From a virus, in IMG/VR virus record IMGVR_UViG_3300022916_000005: 64,000 bases of DNA, one strand, 5' to 3'. Below, piece after piece: positions 56,490-64,000 of this stretch. Position 1 is the stretch's first letter; each line of letters opens with the position of its first letter. The notes below the pieces were generated by a model. It was not told the origin of the DNA, did not search any database, and saw nothing but the letters and a program-made list of their open reading frames with translations. The position numbers were made by a program, and so were the translations under genes.

Positions 56490-56791
56490 TGGAAGTGTAT
56501 AGAGTAACGATCAACGACAAGGGTACCACTATTTGGTATAACGAAGATGGTGTTTATCACCGCAATGATGGTCCTGCCATCAAAGACGCTGACGGTGCCA
56601 AATTTTGGTATCAAAATGGCAAGTGTCATCGCATTGACGGCCCTGCTGCCATTTACACCGATGGCAGGAAAAAATGGTATATTGAAGGTCTAAAATACAC
56701 AGAAGAAGACTATAACAAAAAATTAAATCCTTCATGTGAAGGACAAACTGTGACAATTGAAGGCGTCACATACAAACTGACAAAGGTATAA
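56489..56791 (+). CDS. HRxDGPA-repeat protein
   Basis: Two HRxDGPA...WY repeats. Confidence 0.75.
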   Translation: MEVYRVTINDKGTTIWYNEDGVYHRNDGPAIKDADGAKFWYQNGKCHRIDGPAAIYTDGRKKWYIEGLKYTEEDYNKKLNPSCEGQTVTIEGVTYKLTKV

Positions 56792-56804
56792 AAGGAGGTT
56801 CAAG

Positions 56805-57599
56805 ATGGGAGTTAATTTAGGTAAGATGGCAGATCGTGCCAAGAGTTTCAAAGCTGGAGGTTCCGGCGAGGACAAGAAAGATAATCTTTTTGCAAAGGTT
56901 ACAAAGGAACCACAAGTGTTCCGAATGTTGGAGGTTAATGGCGATGCTTGGGAGACTTATCATCTTCATTATTTGACAAAGAATGGAAAGACAATTGCAT
57001 CATTCCTTTGTCCTCGAAAGAATTTTGGGGAGGATTGTCCTGTATGCGATTGGGCAACAGAACTGTTCCAGAAGAGCAAGGAAACTGGTGATGAGACAAT
57101 GAAGCGACAGGCTATTAAGATGTTCGCCAATCAGCGTTGGTATTCTCCAGTACTAGTAAGAGGAAAGGAAGAGGATGGTCCTCGAATTTGGTCATATAGT
57201 AAGACAGTTGCGGCAGAACTTACTCGTAAGTTCACAAACCCTGACTATGGAGATCTTACAGACTCAGAGACGGGGACAGACTTGACAGTGTTTCATGCAA
57301 CGGCAGAAGGAAAGTTGTATCCTGATACTGTCATCGACCCTCGACGAATGCCAAGCAAGTTGGCAGAGACTGCAGAAGAGGTGCAGGGCATTATGTCTTC
57401 GATTCCCAATATTATGGAACAAATGCGAAGACTGACAAGAGACGAGATCCAAGAGAAGCTTGACGAGTCTCTTGGGCTAAATGATGCCCCTCCTGTTGAG
57501 AAGAATGCTACACAAACTCCAAAAGGAGAAGATCAGCCATCATCAGACCCGGAAGCAGACGAGATTGACCGCAAGTTTGCAGAATTGGATGAAGTATAA
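56805..57599 (+). CDS. Single-stranded DNA-binding protein (gp32-like)
   Basis: HY...CPRKNFGEDCPVC; YGDLTD..TGTDL; acidic tail. Confidence 0.85.
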   Translation: MGVNLGKMADRAKSFKAGGSGEDKKDNLFAKVTKEPQVFRMLEVNGDAWETYHLHYLTKNGKTIASFLCPRKNFGEDCPVCDWATELFQKSKETGDETMKRQAIKMFANQRWYSPVLVRGKEEDGPRIWSYSKTVAAELTRKFTNPDYGDLTDSETGTDLTVFHATAEGKLYPDTVIDPRRMPSKLAETAEEVQGIMSSIPNIMEQMRRLTRDEIQEKLDESLGLNDAPPVEKNATQTPKGEDQPSSDPEADEIDRKFAELDEV

Positions 57600-57623
57600 G
57601 AACACATAAGATTGGATAAATAA

Positions 57624-57661
57624 TGTGGAGGGATAGTATAGTTTAAGCCTATCCCTCCACA
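57624..57661 (+). other. 13-bp stem hairpin between SSB and RecA genes
   Basis: TGTGGAGGGATAG/CTATCCCTCCACA; no U-tract. Confidence 0.7.
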
Positions 57662-57694
57662 AGTGCTATTATTAACAAGAAGGGAGAATAATAA

Positions 57695-58849
57695 ATGGCA
57701 AAGAAGAAGAAAGAGGCAGTAAAAGTGTCAACTGCTTTTGACATTCGAAAGATGATCAATAAGAAGGCAGGAATGAATGTTGCCTTCAACCTCGATAAAG
57801 ACGAAAACCCAACAGAAGTAAAGGGATGGATTCCAACAGGAAGTAAATGGTTAGATAATGTCATTGCATCTGGAAGAGTGGGAGGGATCCCAATTGGCAA
57901 GATTGTAGAATTGGCAGGATTAGAATCTGTTGGCAAATCTTACATGGCAGCGCAAATTGCAGCAAACGCTCTTGAACAAGGGATGGATGTGATTTATTTC
58001 GATTCAGAATCTGCAATTGATCCCGATTTTCTTGAACAAATTGGATGTGATTTGGAAAAGCTTGTGTATGTTCAAGCAACATCTTGCGAATTTGTTCTTG
58101 AAACTATTGAAGATGTATTGGGATCGTCTCCTAATCGAACATTGTTTGTTTTTGATTCTTTAGCACAAACACCAACAAATTCAGATATGACAGGGACTTT
58201 CAATCCTGCCGAAGATGTTGCAGTCAAAGCCCGAGTTATGTCTAAAGGATTGCGAAAGCTATTGATTCCAATTGCGAATCACGAATCGACATTGTTAGTT
58301 CTTAATCAGTTGAAGATCAACATTGATTCTTCGATTAATATGAAATATGCAACAATTAAAGAAAAATATTTCACACCAGGAGGAAAGTCGTTAACTTATG
58401 CCTATTCTTTGAGAATCTGGTTAGAAGGTAGGGCTGCTAAATCTTCATTCGTAGAAGATGATAATGGGTTTAGGATCGGATCGGAAGTAAAAGCTACAAT
58501 CATTAAGTCAAGATTTGGTACTCAATGGAGACAAGCGATCTTCAAGATCCTTTGGGGTGGAGACAAACTTGCAGTGCAGGATGAAGAATCTTGGTTCGAA
58601 GCTATTCGATCATCAGAACATTTTCATCCAGGAGCGTGGAATACTCTTGATTATGCTGACGGAACAAATAGTGGGAAGTGGAGGCAATCAGAGTGGATTG
58701 AAAAATTAAAAGAAGAGAAATTCTATAATCGTGTAGTTGAACTTCTTGATGAGGAATTGATTTACAAGTTTGCTCACAAGACGGGGAAGGCGTCAGACTT
58801 TTATGATGTCGAAGGCAACAATAATGGTATTCCTATAAAAGATGAATAG
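57695..58849 (+). CDS. recA: RecA/UvsX-like recombinase
   Basis: IPTGS..LD; GLESVGKS; DSESA.D; VFDS; LNQL; TPGGK. Confidence 0.92.
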   Translation: MAKKKKEAVKVSTAFDIRKMINKKAGMNVAFNLDKDENPTEVKGWIPTGSKWLDNVIASGRVGGIPIGKIVELAGLESVGKSYMAAQIAANALEQGMDVIYFDSESAIDPDFLEQIGCDLEKLVYVQATSCEFVLETIEDVLGSSPNRTLFVFDSLAQTPTNSDMTGTFNPAEDVAVKARVMSKGLRKLLIPIANHESTLLVLNQLKINIDSSINMKYATIKEKYFTPGGKSLTYAYSLRIWLEGRAAKSSFVEDDNGFRIGSEVKATIIKSRFGTQWRQAIFKILWGGDKLAVQDEESWFEAIRSSEHFHPGAWNTLDYADGTNSGKWRQSEWIEKLKEEKFYNRVVELLDEELIYKFAHKTGKASDFYDVEGNNNGIPIKDE

Positions 58850-58860
58850 AGGAGAATAAA

Positions 58861-59112
58861 ATGTTGGATATCGAAAGAGAAACAGAAGAGTATATCAAGA
58901 ATTTGGAGAATGCAATTGAAGCATTGTGTTTAAAATTGGATAAGAAACCCAATCCAGTATGGTATGATAGTGCTTTTTGGTGTTCGAGGGAATGTCCGTA
59001 TGCAACAGTAACCTCAAGAAGTGATGAGTGGAAGATTGTGTGTGGTGTTGACAATGAAACAAAACACCAAGAAGATAGTAACTGTTACTACGGTTCTTTT
59101 GACGATGAGTAA
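58861..59112 (+). CDS. Hypothetical Cys-rich protein
   Basis: GAGGAG RBS. Confidence 0.55.
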   Translation: MLDIERETEEYIKNLENAIEALCLKLDKKPNPVWYDSAFWCSRECPYATVTSRSDEWKIVCGVDNETKHQEDSNCYYGSFDDE

Positions 59113-59395
59113 TGATGAGTTTATTCCTCCATGTAAATTAATTAACGTATCTCCAAGAGTTTGGTGGTATGGCAAATTGTATGAAGAGGATGGTCAACAT
59201 TTTAAAATCTGTCCAATTTGTTCTTGCAATTCTATTACGGATAAGGTAAAATGGTATACAAGATGGAGAAGGAAGAGACAGGGTATTGAAAACATTGAAG
59301 AACTAAGATGTTCAAAATGTAAAACGAGATTCCTTGTCATCTCAAACACATGTAATAGTAAAGGAACTTGGATTTGGTGCAGATATGGAACTTAA
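59105..59395 (+). CDS. Hypothetical Zn-ribbon protein
   Basis: CPIC and CSKC. Confidence 0.5.
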   Translation: MSNDEFIPPCKLINVSPRVWWYGKLYEEDGQHFKICPICSCNSITDKVKWYTRWRRKRQGIENIEELRCSKCKTRFLVISNTCNSKGTWIWCRYGT

Positions 59396-59576
59396 ATTTG
59401 GTACAATTTATTACTATAAAGAGTATAAACGATACGAAATGATACTTGAAATTCGAAAGACTCATTATCTTGTAATGGCTCTGAACGGGACAGAAGGAGG
59501 AAGAACATTCACAGAAGACTTAGCTTGGTATAAGCACGACCGCATTGTGCCGTTATTAGTCCATATTATAGGATAA
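59385..59576 (+). CDS. Small SH3-like hypothetical protein (paralog array)
   Basis: MELKFGTIYYY. Confidence 0.5.
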   Translation: MELKFGTIYYYKEYKRYEMILEIRKTHYLVMALNGTEGGRTFTEDLAWYKHDRIVPLLVHIIG

Positions 59577-59577
59577 A

Positions 59578-59775
59578 ATGAATATGAAAGTAGGTGACAT
59601 TTACCGTTATAATGATGTTGTAGAAATTATAACAAAGATAGATAAGGACGTAAATGACTCGTATTGTGTCGGATTTGTGGCAAAAGGTGGAATCCAAAAG
59701 AATAGGTTTATCCTTGAGACTGAGAGTTGGTATGAAGAAAATAAAAATGAAATCACTTGGATTGTAAAGCAATGA
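59578..59775 (+). CDS. Small SH3-like hypothetical protein (paralog array)
   Basis: MKVGDIYRY...ITWIVKQ. Confidence 0.55.
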   Translation: MNMKVGDIYRYNDVVEIITKIDKDVNDSYCVGFVAKGGIQKNRFILETESWYEENKNEITWIVKQ

Positions 59776-59969
59776 ATATTAAAGTAGGGGACGTTTACTA
59801 TTTTCATGAAGGAACACTTAAGAGATGGGAAGTTGTAACAAAGATTATCTCTTCGTCAACAGTGGAAATGACAGTGTTGAATGGAAAATTAAAAGATAAA
59901 ACATTTACAGAACACAAGTATTGGTTTAAATCGAATGAAAAGTACATTACTTGGGTTGTAAAGCAATGA
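59772..59969 (+). CDS. Small SH3-like hypothetical protein (paralog array)
   Basis: MNIKVGDVYYF...ITWVVKQ; ATGA coupling. Confidence 0.55.
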   Translation: MNIKVGDVYYFHEGTLKRWEVVTKIISSSTVEMTVLNGKLKDKTFTEHKYWFKSNEKYITWVVKQ

Positions 59970-60193
59970 ATCTTCGACAATATAGTATTTGGTATGATGA
60001 TGATTGTGGAGAATATGCATATCTCGATTCTTATCATGAAGATAGTGCAAGTAGATGGATGAAAGTAGTCTACTTTAGTGACAAAAAGATGATTTCAATA
60101 AGTCTTTGGGGATTTAACGAGGCATTTCACCTTGTCTGGGAAGATAAAACTAGACCAATTATCGGATACAGTGGAGAGCACCATGAAGATTAG
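59966..60193 (+). CDS. Small hypothetical protein (paralog array)
   Basis: MNLRQYSIWYD; ATGA coupling. Confidence 0.5.
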   Translation: MNLRQYSIWYDDDCGEYAYLDSYHEDSASRWMKVVYFSDKKMISISLWGFNEAFHLVWEDKTRPIIGYSGEHHED

Positions 60194-60398
60194 AAAACAC
60201 AGTATCTGGTATGATAAAGAATATGAAGAATATGTGACAATTTTGGAAGACAGAACGTACAGAGAGGTGATGTATTCTCGTTTTCTGGTATATTCTTCAC
60301 TACAATATTTAACATTTACATATGATTTAGAATATATACGAGAAAATTGTATACTCATTTTTGAGAACAGAGAAGAGGAAATTTTATATGACAATTAG
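60183..60398 (+). CDS. Small hypothetical protein (paralog array)
   Basis: MKIRKHSIWYD; GGAG RBS. Confidence 0.5.
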   Translation: MKIRKHSIWYDKEYEEYVTILEDRTYREVMYSRFLVYSSLQYLTFTYDLEYIRENCILIFENREEEILYDN

Positions 60399-61383
60399 AA
60401 AGAAAAGAATTATCGTTTGGGATACAACTATGGCATTTTTAAAGTCATATATTGTGGTACCAAATATCAGTTCAACGACAGGACATCCAATTGGGGGAAT
60501 TGTAGGGACATTGAAGTCGTTACAATTCCTTTGTGACAAGGTTAAGCCAGATATGATAGTAGCTGTCTATGACGGCCCAGGAGGGTCAAAGAAGCGTCGT
60601 ACTATCATGAAGGAGTACAAGGAGGGTAGAAAACCCATTCGTCGAAATTATGAGACAGAGGGGATGTCAGAGGAAGACCTTAGAGAGAACAAGTATTGGC
60701 AGATGGACAGATTTGTAGAGTTTTTATCACACCTTCCAATCCATCAATTTATGTTCCCGGAGACCGAAGCAGATGATGTTATTTCGTACATTTCATCCTT
60801 GACAAGTCTGGAAGAATATGGTAAGATTATTGTGTCCTCGGATAAGGATTTCATGCAACTTTGCAATGGTTCAACATTGTTGATGAGACCTACTCAAAAT
60901 GAACTATTAAATGTAGGGAACATAATTGAGCAGTATAAGGTACATCCAAGGAATATGGCATTGGCCAGGGCAATCATTGGTGATGCATCAGATAATTTAC
61001 ATGGAGTTCGTGGTGTTGGTTTTAAGACTTTGACAAAGAAGGTTCCATTTCTTCATGAAGATCGTGATATCTATATGAGCGATATTTACGATTACTGTTC
61101 TGACATGATTGACAAAGAAGAGAGCAAATTAAAGATCTATAACGATATCCTTGAAGGTAAAGACATCATTGAAAGAAACTATAAGATGATGCAGCTATCA
61201 TCTCCAATGATGACTATTAATGACAAGGACAAAGTAAGACTTACTCTCGAAGAGCAAAAGATGGAACTTCACGAACAAAAGTTTCAAAGGATGATGGGAG
61301 AAGATGGATTCATGGACTTGAATCTTGTAGGGTTATTTAAACACATGAGACGAATTGTAAGAGATTCGCAATTGGAGGATTGA
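60388..61383 (+). CDS. 5'-3' exonuclease/RNase H (FEN/T4 Rnh-like)
   Basis: YKEGR; EADD; SSDKDFMQL; GDASDN..GV.GVG.KT. Confidence 0.92.
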   Translation: MTIRKKRIIVWDTTMAFLKSYIVVPNISSTTGHPIGGIVGTLKSLQFLCDKVKPDMIVAVYDGPGGSKKRRTIMKEYKEGRKPIRRNYETEGMSEEDLRENKYWQMDRFVEFLSHLPIHQFMFPETEADDVISYISSLTSLEEYGKIIVSSDKDFMQLCNGSTLLMRPTQNELLNVGNIIEQYKVHPRNMALARAIIGDASDNLHGVRGVGFKTLTKKVPFLHEDRDIYMSDIYDYCSDMIDKEESKLKIYNDILEGKDIIERNYKMMQLSSPMMTINDKDKVRLTLEEQKMELHEQKFQRMMGEDGFMDLNLVGLFKHMRRIVRDSQLED

Positions 61384-61384
61384 G

Positions 61385-61591
61385 ATGGCAAATCGATGGG
61401 AAGTGAATGACAATGGAGTAATCACAGTAACAACTTGTAGTAAGTGCCCCTTGAGAGATAGGGTGCAAGATTTTTGTGGAGTAAGCAAGACAGCCATTAA
61501 TGCGGCAAGATACTTTAAGAATGATATTCCAGAAGAATGTCCTTTGAAGAAGAGGATGTCAATCCAAGTTGTTGTTGGAGATAGAACCTGA
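61385..61591 (+). CDS. Small Cys-rich hypothetical protein
   Basis: CSKCP...C...PEECPL. Confidence 0.6.
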   Translation: MANRWEVNDNGVITVTTCSKCPLRDRVQDFCGVSKTAINAARYFKNDIPEECPLKKRMSIQVVVGDRT

Positions 61592-61887
61592 TGTCTTATG
61601 TAATTCTTGAAAGAAAAGATAAAATGGTGGCAAAGTCTGATGATGATAAACCTCCAATTATGACTGAAATCAAGAAGAATGTGATTGTAGAGATTGCAAT
61701 CTTCAATAAGAAAGAAAAGATCCCAGAACGAGTTTGGGGCAAGGTTACATACAGAAAGGGAGATCAGTTAAAAGTAGCAATTGATGATACCTTATTTCAA
61801 CCAGATCTGTATGGCCTAAAGGCAGGGGATAAGTTAGATTTGACAAAGAAGCAAGTAATTAACATTTGGAGGAAAAATAATGGCTGA
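61591..61887 (+). CDS. Hypothetical protein, DUF2314-like
   Basis: ERVWGKV...IDD...YGLKAGD. Confidence 0.45.
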   Translation: MSYVILERKDKMVAKSDDDKPPIMTEIKKNVIVEIAIFNKKEKIPERVWGKVTYRKGDQLKVAIDDTLFQPDLYGLKAGDKLDLTKKQVINIWRKNNG

Positions 61888-62134
61888 TAAGAAACTAAGG
61901 GAAGCAAGATATCTTGAAGTTGTGATTGGAGAACATAGTTTTATTGACACAAAGGATCGACAAGAGTATCGTATTCTTGAGATTAAGTTGCCAATGAGAG
62001 AAGTTGCTCAGTCTATGGGTAGTCGTGGTGCAGACTATGCCTACGAAGAGCTTGGGGAAAAGATTAAGCAGGAATTTATCAAGGCAATGAGGCTTAAGCT
62101 TAGAGAAGAAACTCAGAAACGAAAAGTACGATAA
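61880..62134 (+). CDS. Hypothetical protein
   Basis: GGAGG RBS. Confidence 0.55.
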   Translation: MADKKLREARYLEVVIGEHSFIDTKDRQEYRILEIKLPMREVAQSMGSRGADYAYEELGEKIKQEFIKAMRLKLREETQKRKVR

Positions 62135-62156
62135 ACAAACAAAAGGAGAAAATAAA

Positions 62157-62699
62157 ATGAACATTACAGACATGCAGACAATGATGAATATGTGTAAGAA
62201 GCTTAACATTTGCTTTAAATATACATACGGAGACCGAGGAATTACTATTGACACTGATGATTTTACGCGAGAGGTATCTTTTTACTTTGATGAGGAAGAA
62301 AAGTTTGTCAATGCTTATTCTTGTTCGGCAGAGGATGAGGATGAAGTTGAAGGTCTTTGGCCTGGACTTTGGGACGATAGTGATATTGACGACGATGAAG
62401 ATGAGTACGACGATGACGAGTTTGATGACGAGTCAGAACCTGTTCATGGTGAAGATTTGGAAGTCCGTGAAGGTGGGTTTGTAGTCCGTGTCAAGCTCAT
62501 TTCTGTTAAAGACAGTGAAAATGATCGTACATTTATCGTTGTTGATGAATTTGCTGACACTACAAATCAGGCCATCACTAATGCCAAGGTTGAATTTCAT
62601 GAGGTAGCAGATGCAACGTCCTCCATCATGTTGGTTGAAGCCTTTACAAAGAAGGGTTGGGAATGGGCCAAAGACAATACTAATGGATATAACTGGTAA
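62157..62699 (+). CDS. Acidic hypothetical protein (paralog of the next ORF)
   Basis: AAGGAG RBS; D/E-rich linker; C-terminal WEW. Confidence 0.65.
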   Translation: MNITDMQTMMNMCKKLNICFKYTYGDRGITIDTDDFTREVSFYFDEEEKFVNAYSCSAEDEDEVEGLWPGLWDDSDIDDDEDEYDDDEFDDESEPVHGEDLEVREGGFVVRVKLISVKDSENDRTFIVVDEFADTTNQAITNAKVEFHEVADATSSIMLVEAFTKKGWEWAKDNTNGYNW

Positions 62700-62733
62700 G
62701 ATCAAATAACTATAACAACAAAAGGAGAAAAAA

Positions 62734-63297
62734 ATGAATGATCTAAAAACGGCTAAGGATATGTTTGACAATTATGGTGCCCCTTCTGGACTATTTCGGA
62801 ATGGGCCATACGATAAGACTCTTCGTGTGGAGAGCGATGAGGGAGATATTGTTCTTTTTACTTTCGATGATGATGGTGTACTAATTGAACTTAATGTCGA
62901 AAAGCAGATTGAAGAAAATGAAATCGAAGAAGATGATGTCAATGAAGATCTTGAACCAGAAGGTAGTTGGTCATACGAACAAGATGCTTCAGGCAGAGAT
63001 GTCAATGGAGGATTGCATCAAGACGTTATCAACGTTCCTTATGCGCAAGTGACAACTCACAGTGATCCGGTAACACCAAGAGGGTTTGTCTGTCGTGGAC
63101 GATTCGCAACTGGGGGAGATGATACTTGGGTTTCTTCGAATACTCTATTTGACACCGTGCGTCCAACAAAAGAGCTTGCATATGAATATGCAATTGCAAC
63201 ATTTAAAGTACAGGCAGAAGTAATGCACACTACTCTACTGACCGTAGAGGTCCATACATCATCCGAATGGGAATGGATTAACAAGCATCGGGTATAA
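62734..63297 (+). CDS. Acidic hypothetical protein (paralog of the previous ORF)
   Basis: Same leader ACAAAAGGAGAAAA; GFV.R and C-terminal WEW. Confidence 0.65.
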   Translation: MNDLKTAKDMFDNYGAPSGLFRNGPYDKTLRVESDEGDIVLFTFDDDGVLIELNVEKQIEENEIEEDDVNEDLEPEGSWSYEQDASGRDVNGGLHQDVINVPYAQVTTHSDPVTPRGFVCRGRFATGGDDTWVSSNTLFDTVRPTKELAYEYAIATFKVQAEVMHTTLLTVEVHTSSEWEWINKHRV

Positions 63298-63299
63298 TC

Positions 63300-63593
63300 A
63301 TGACAACTCTCGAAGAGCCAAGCCGTAAGTTCAAATTTGCAAAAGGTGCAGCAAGATTCCCGATTTTGGAAGAATACCCAGACGATTGGGATCGTGATCA
63401 GTTATTTCTTTTCATGAAAGAAGAAAAGGCCCCAATTGATGGAAGTCCTTCTGCAAATCTTGACTTGAAACTATTTTACAGTATGGAAGCTCTTCGAGAG
63501 TTTATGTCATACAGACAGTATGAAGAGTTCAAAAAGTTTATGATCGCGAAGAGAACAAGTAAGAAGAAATTAGACGAATTTTACAAGAATTAA
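63300..63593 (+). CDS. Hypothetical protein
   Basis: Closely spaced ORF. Confidence 0.5.
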   Translation: MTTLEEPSRKFKFAKGAARFPILEEYPDDWDRDQLFLFMKEEKAPIDGSPSANLDLKLFYSMEALREFMSYRQYEEFKKFMIAKRTSKKKLDEFYKN

Positions 63594-63603
63594 GGAGACA
63601 ATA

Positions 63604-64000
63604 ATGCAACTAACACGTAATTTTTCAATGCATGAATTTGATTGCAAAGATGGAACAAAGGTAATCACAGAAGGACGAGACATCAAAGCAGAGATCCGAA
63701 CATTGGCATTGACCTTACAATTCATTCGAGATGAATGGGGTGGAGGATTGACAGTACTTAGTGGGTTTCGTACCTTAACCTATAATACGAGTGTAGGAGG
63801 GGAAACGACAAGTCAGCATGTTCGGGCAAGAGCGGCAGACATTCGTCCTAACGATTGGACAGAGGATACTACCCTCGAAGAGAAGCAAGAAGACTTGAAC
63901 AGACTGTATGATACGATCAACGTCATGCAGACAAATGGAGACATTTTGAAGGGTGGATTATCTGTCTATCTTGATGAGCATAATCTGTTTGTTCATGTGG
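63604..64000 (+). CDS. Peptidase M15 family endolysin candidate (3'-truncated)
   Basis: AAGGAG RBS; manual translation gives MQLTRNFSMHEFDCKDG...SGFR...N..VGG...SQH...AADI...FVHV. Confidence 0.85.
   Translation, partial: MQLTRNFSMHEFDCKDGTKVITEGRDIKAEIRTLALTLQFIRDEWGGGLTVLSGFRTLTYNTSVGGETTSQHVRARAADIRPNDWTEDTTLEEKQEDLNRLYDTINVMQTNGDILKGGLSVYLDEHNLFVHV

Noticed and set aside
59750-59975. CRISPR-like repeats
   Set aside because: Only two imperfect copies about 194 nt apart, at coding junctions; no cas genes
1-64000. Stop-codon reassignment, as seen in some large phages
   Set aside because: Core genes are intact in code 11, and TAG/TGA occur at sensible gene ends

Overview
This AT-rich 64-kb window is from a large, T4-like contractile-tailed bacteriophage. 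Almost all genes are on the + strand and read cleanly in genetic code 11. The virion module is nearly complete: terminase, portal, prohead protease, scaffold, major capsid protein, neck, sheath, tube, tail chaperone, tape measure and baseplate. Replication and recombination genes are interleaved with it: RuvC-like resolvase, primase, SbcCD/gp46-47, ATP-dependent ligase, a compact family-A polymerase, a tubulin-like protein, gp32-like SSB, RecA and a 5'-3' exonuclease. It also encodes ribosomal protein bS21, candidate lysis genes and five free-standing homing endonucleases. Highlights: (1) an SbcD-SbcC fusion gene is fractured inside its Walker A motif by an atypically split intein (29-aa IntN, 124-aa IntC), with a homing endonuclease between the halves; (2) the portal carries an HNH intein; (3) candidate head-packaged polyproteins are built from repeated [helical repeat]-[SH3/KOW]n-[twin RFxxLxxD motif] modules; (4) a candidate late promoter CTA(A/T)TTA contrasts with consensus sigma70 promoters on replication genes; (5) the tail chaperone has a candidate +1/-2 frameshift. 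All product calls come from motif recognition by eye; no database searches were run.
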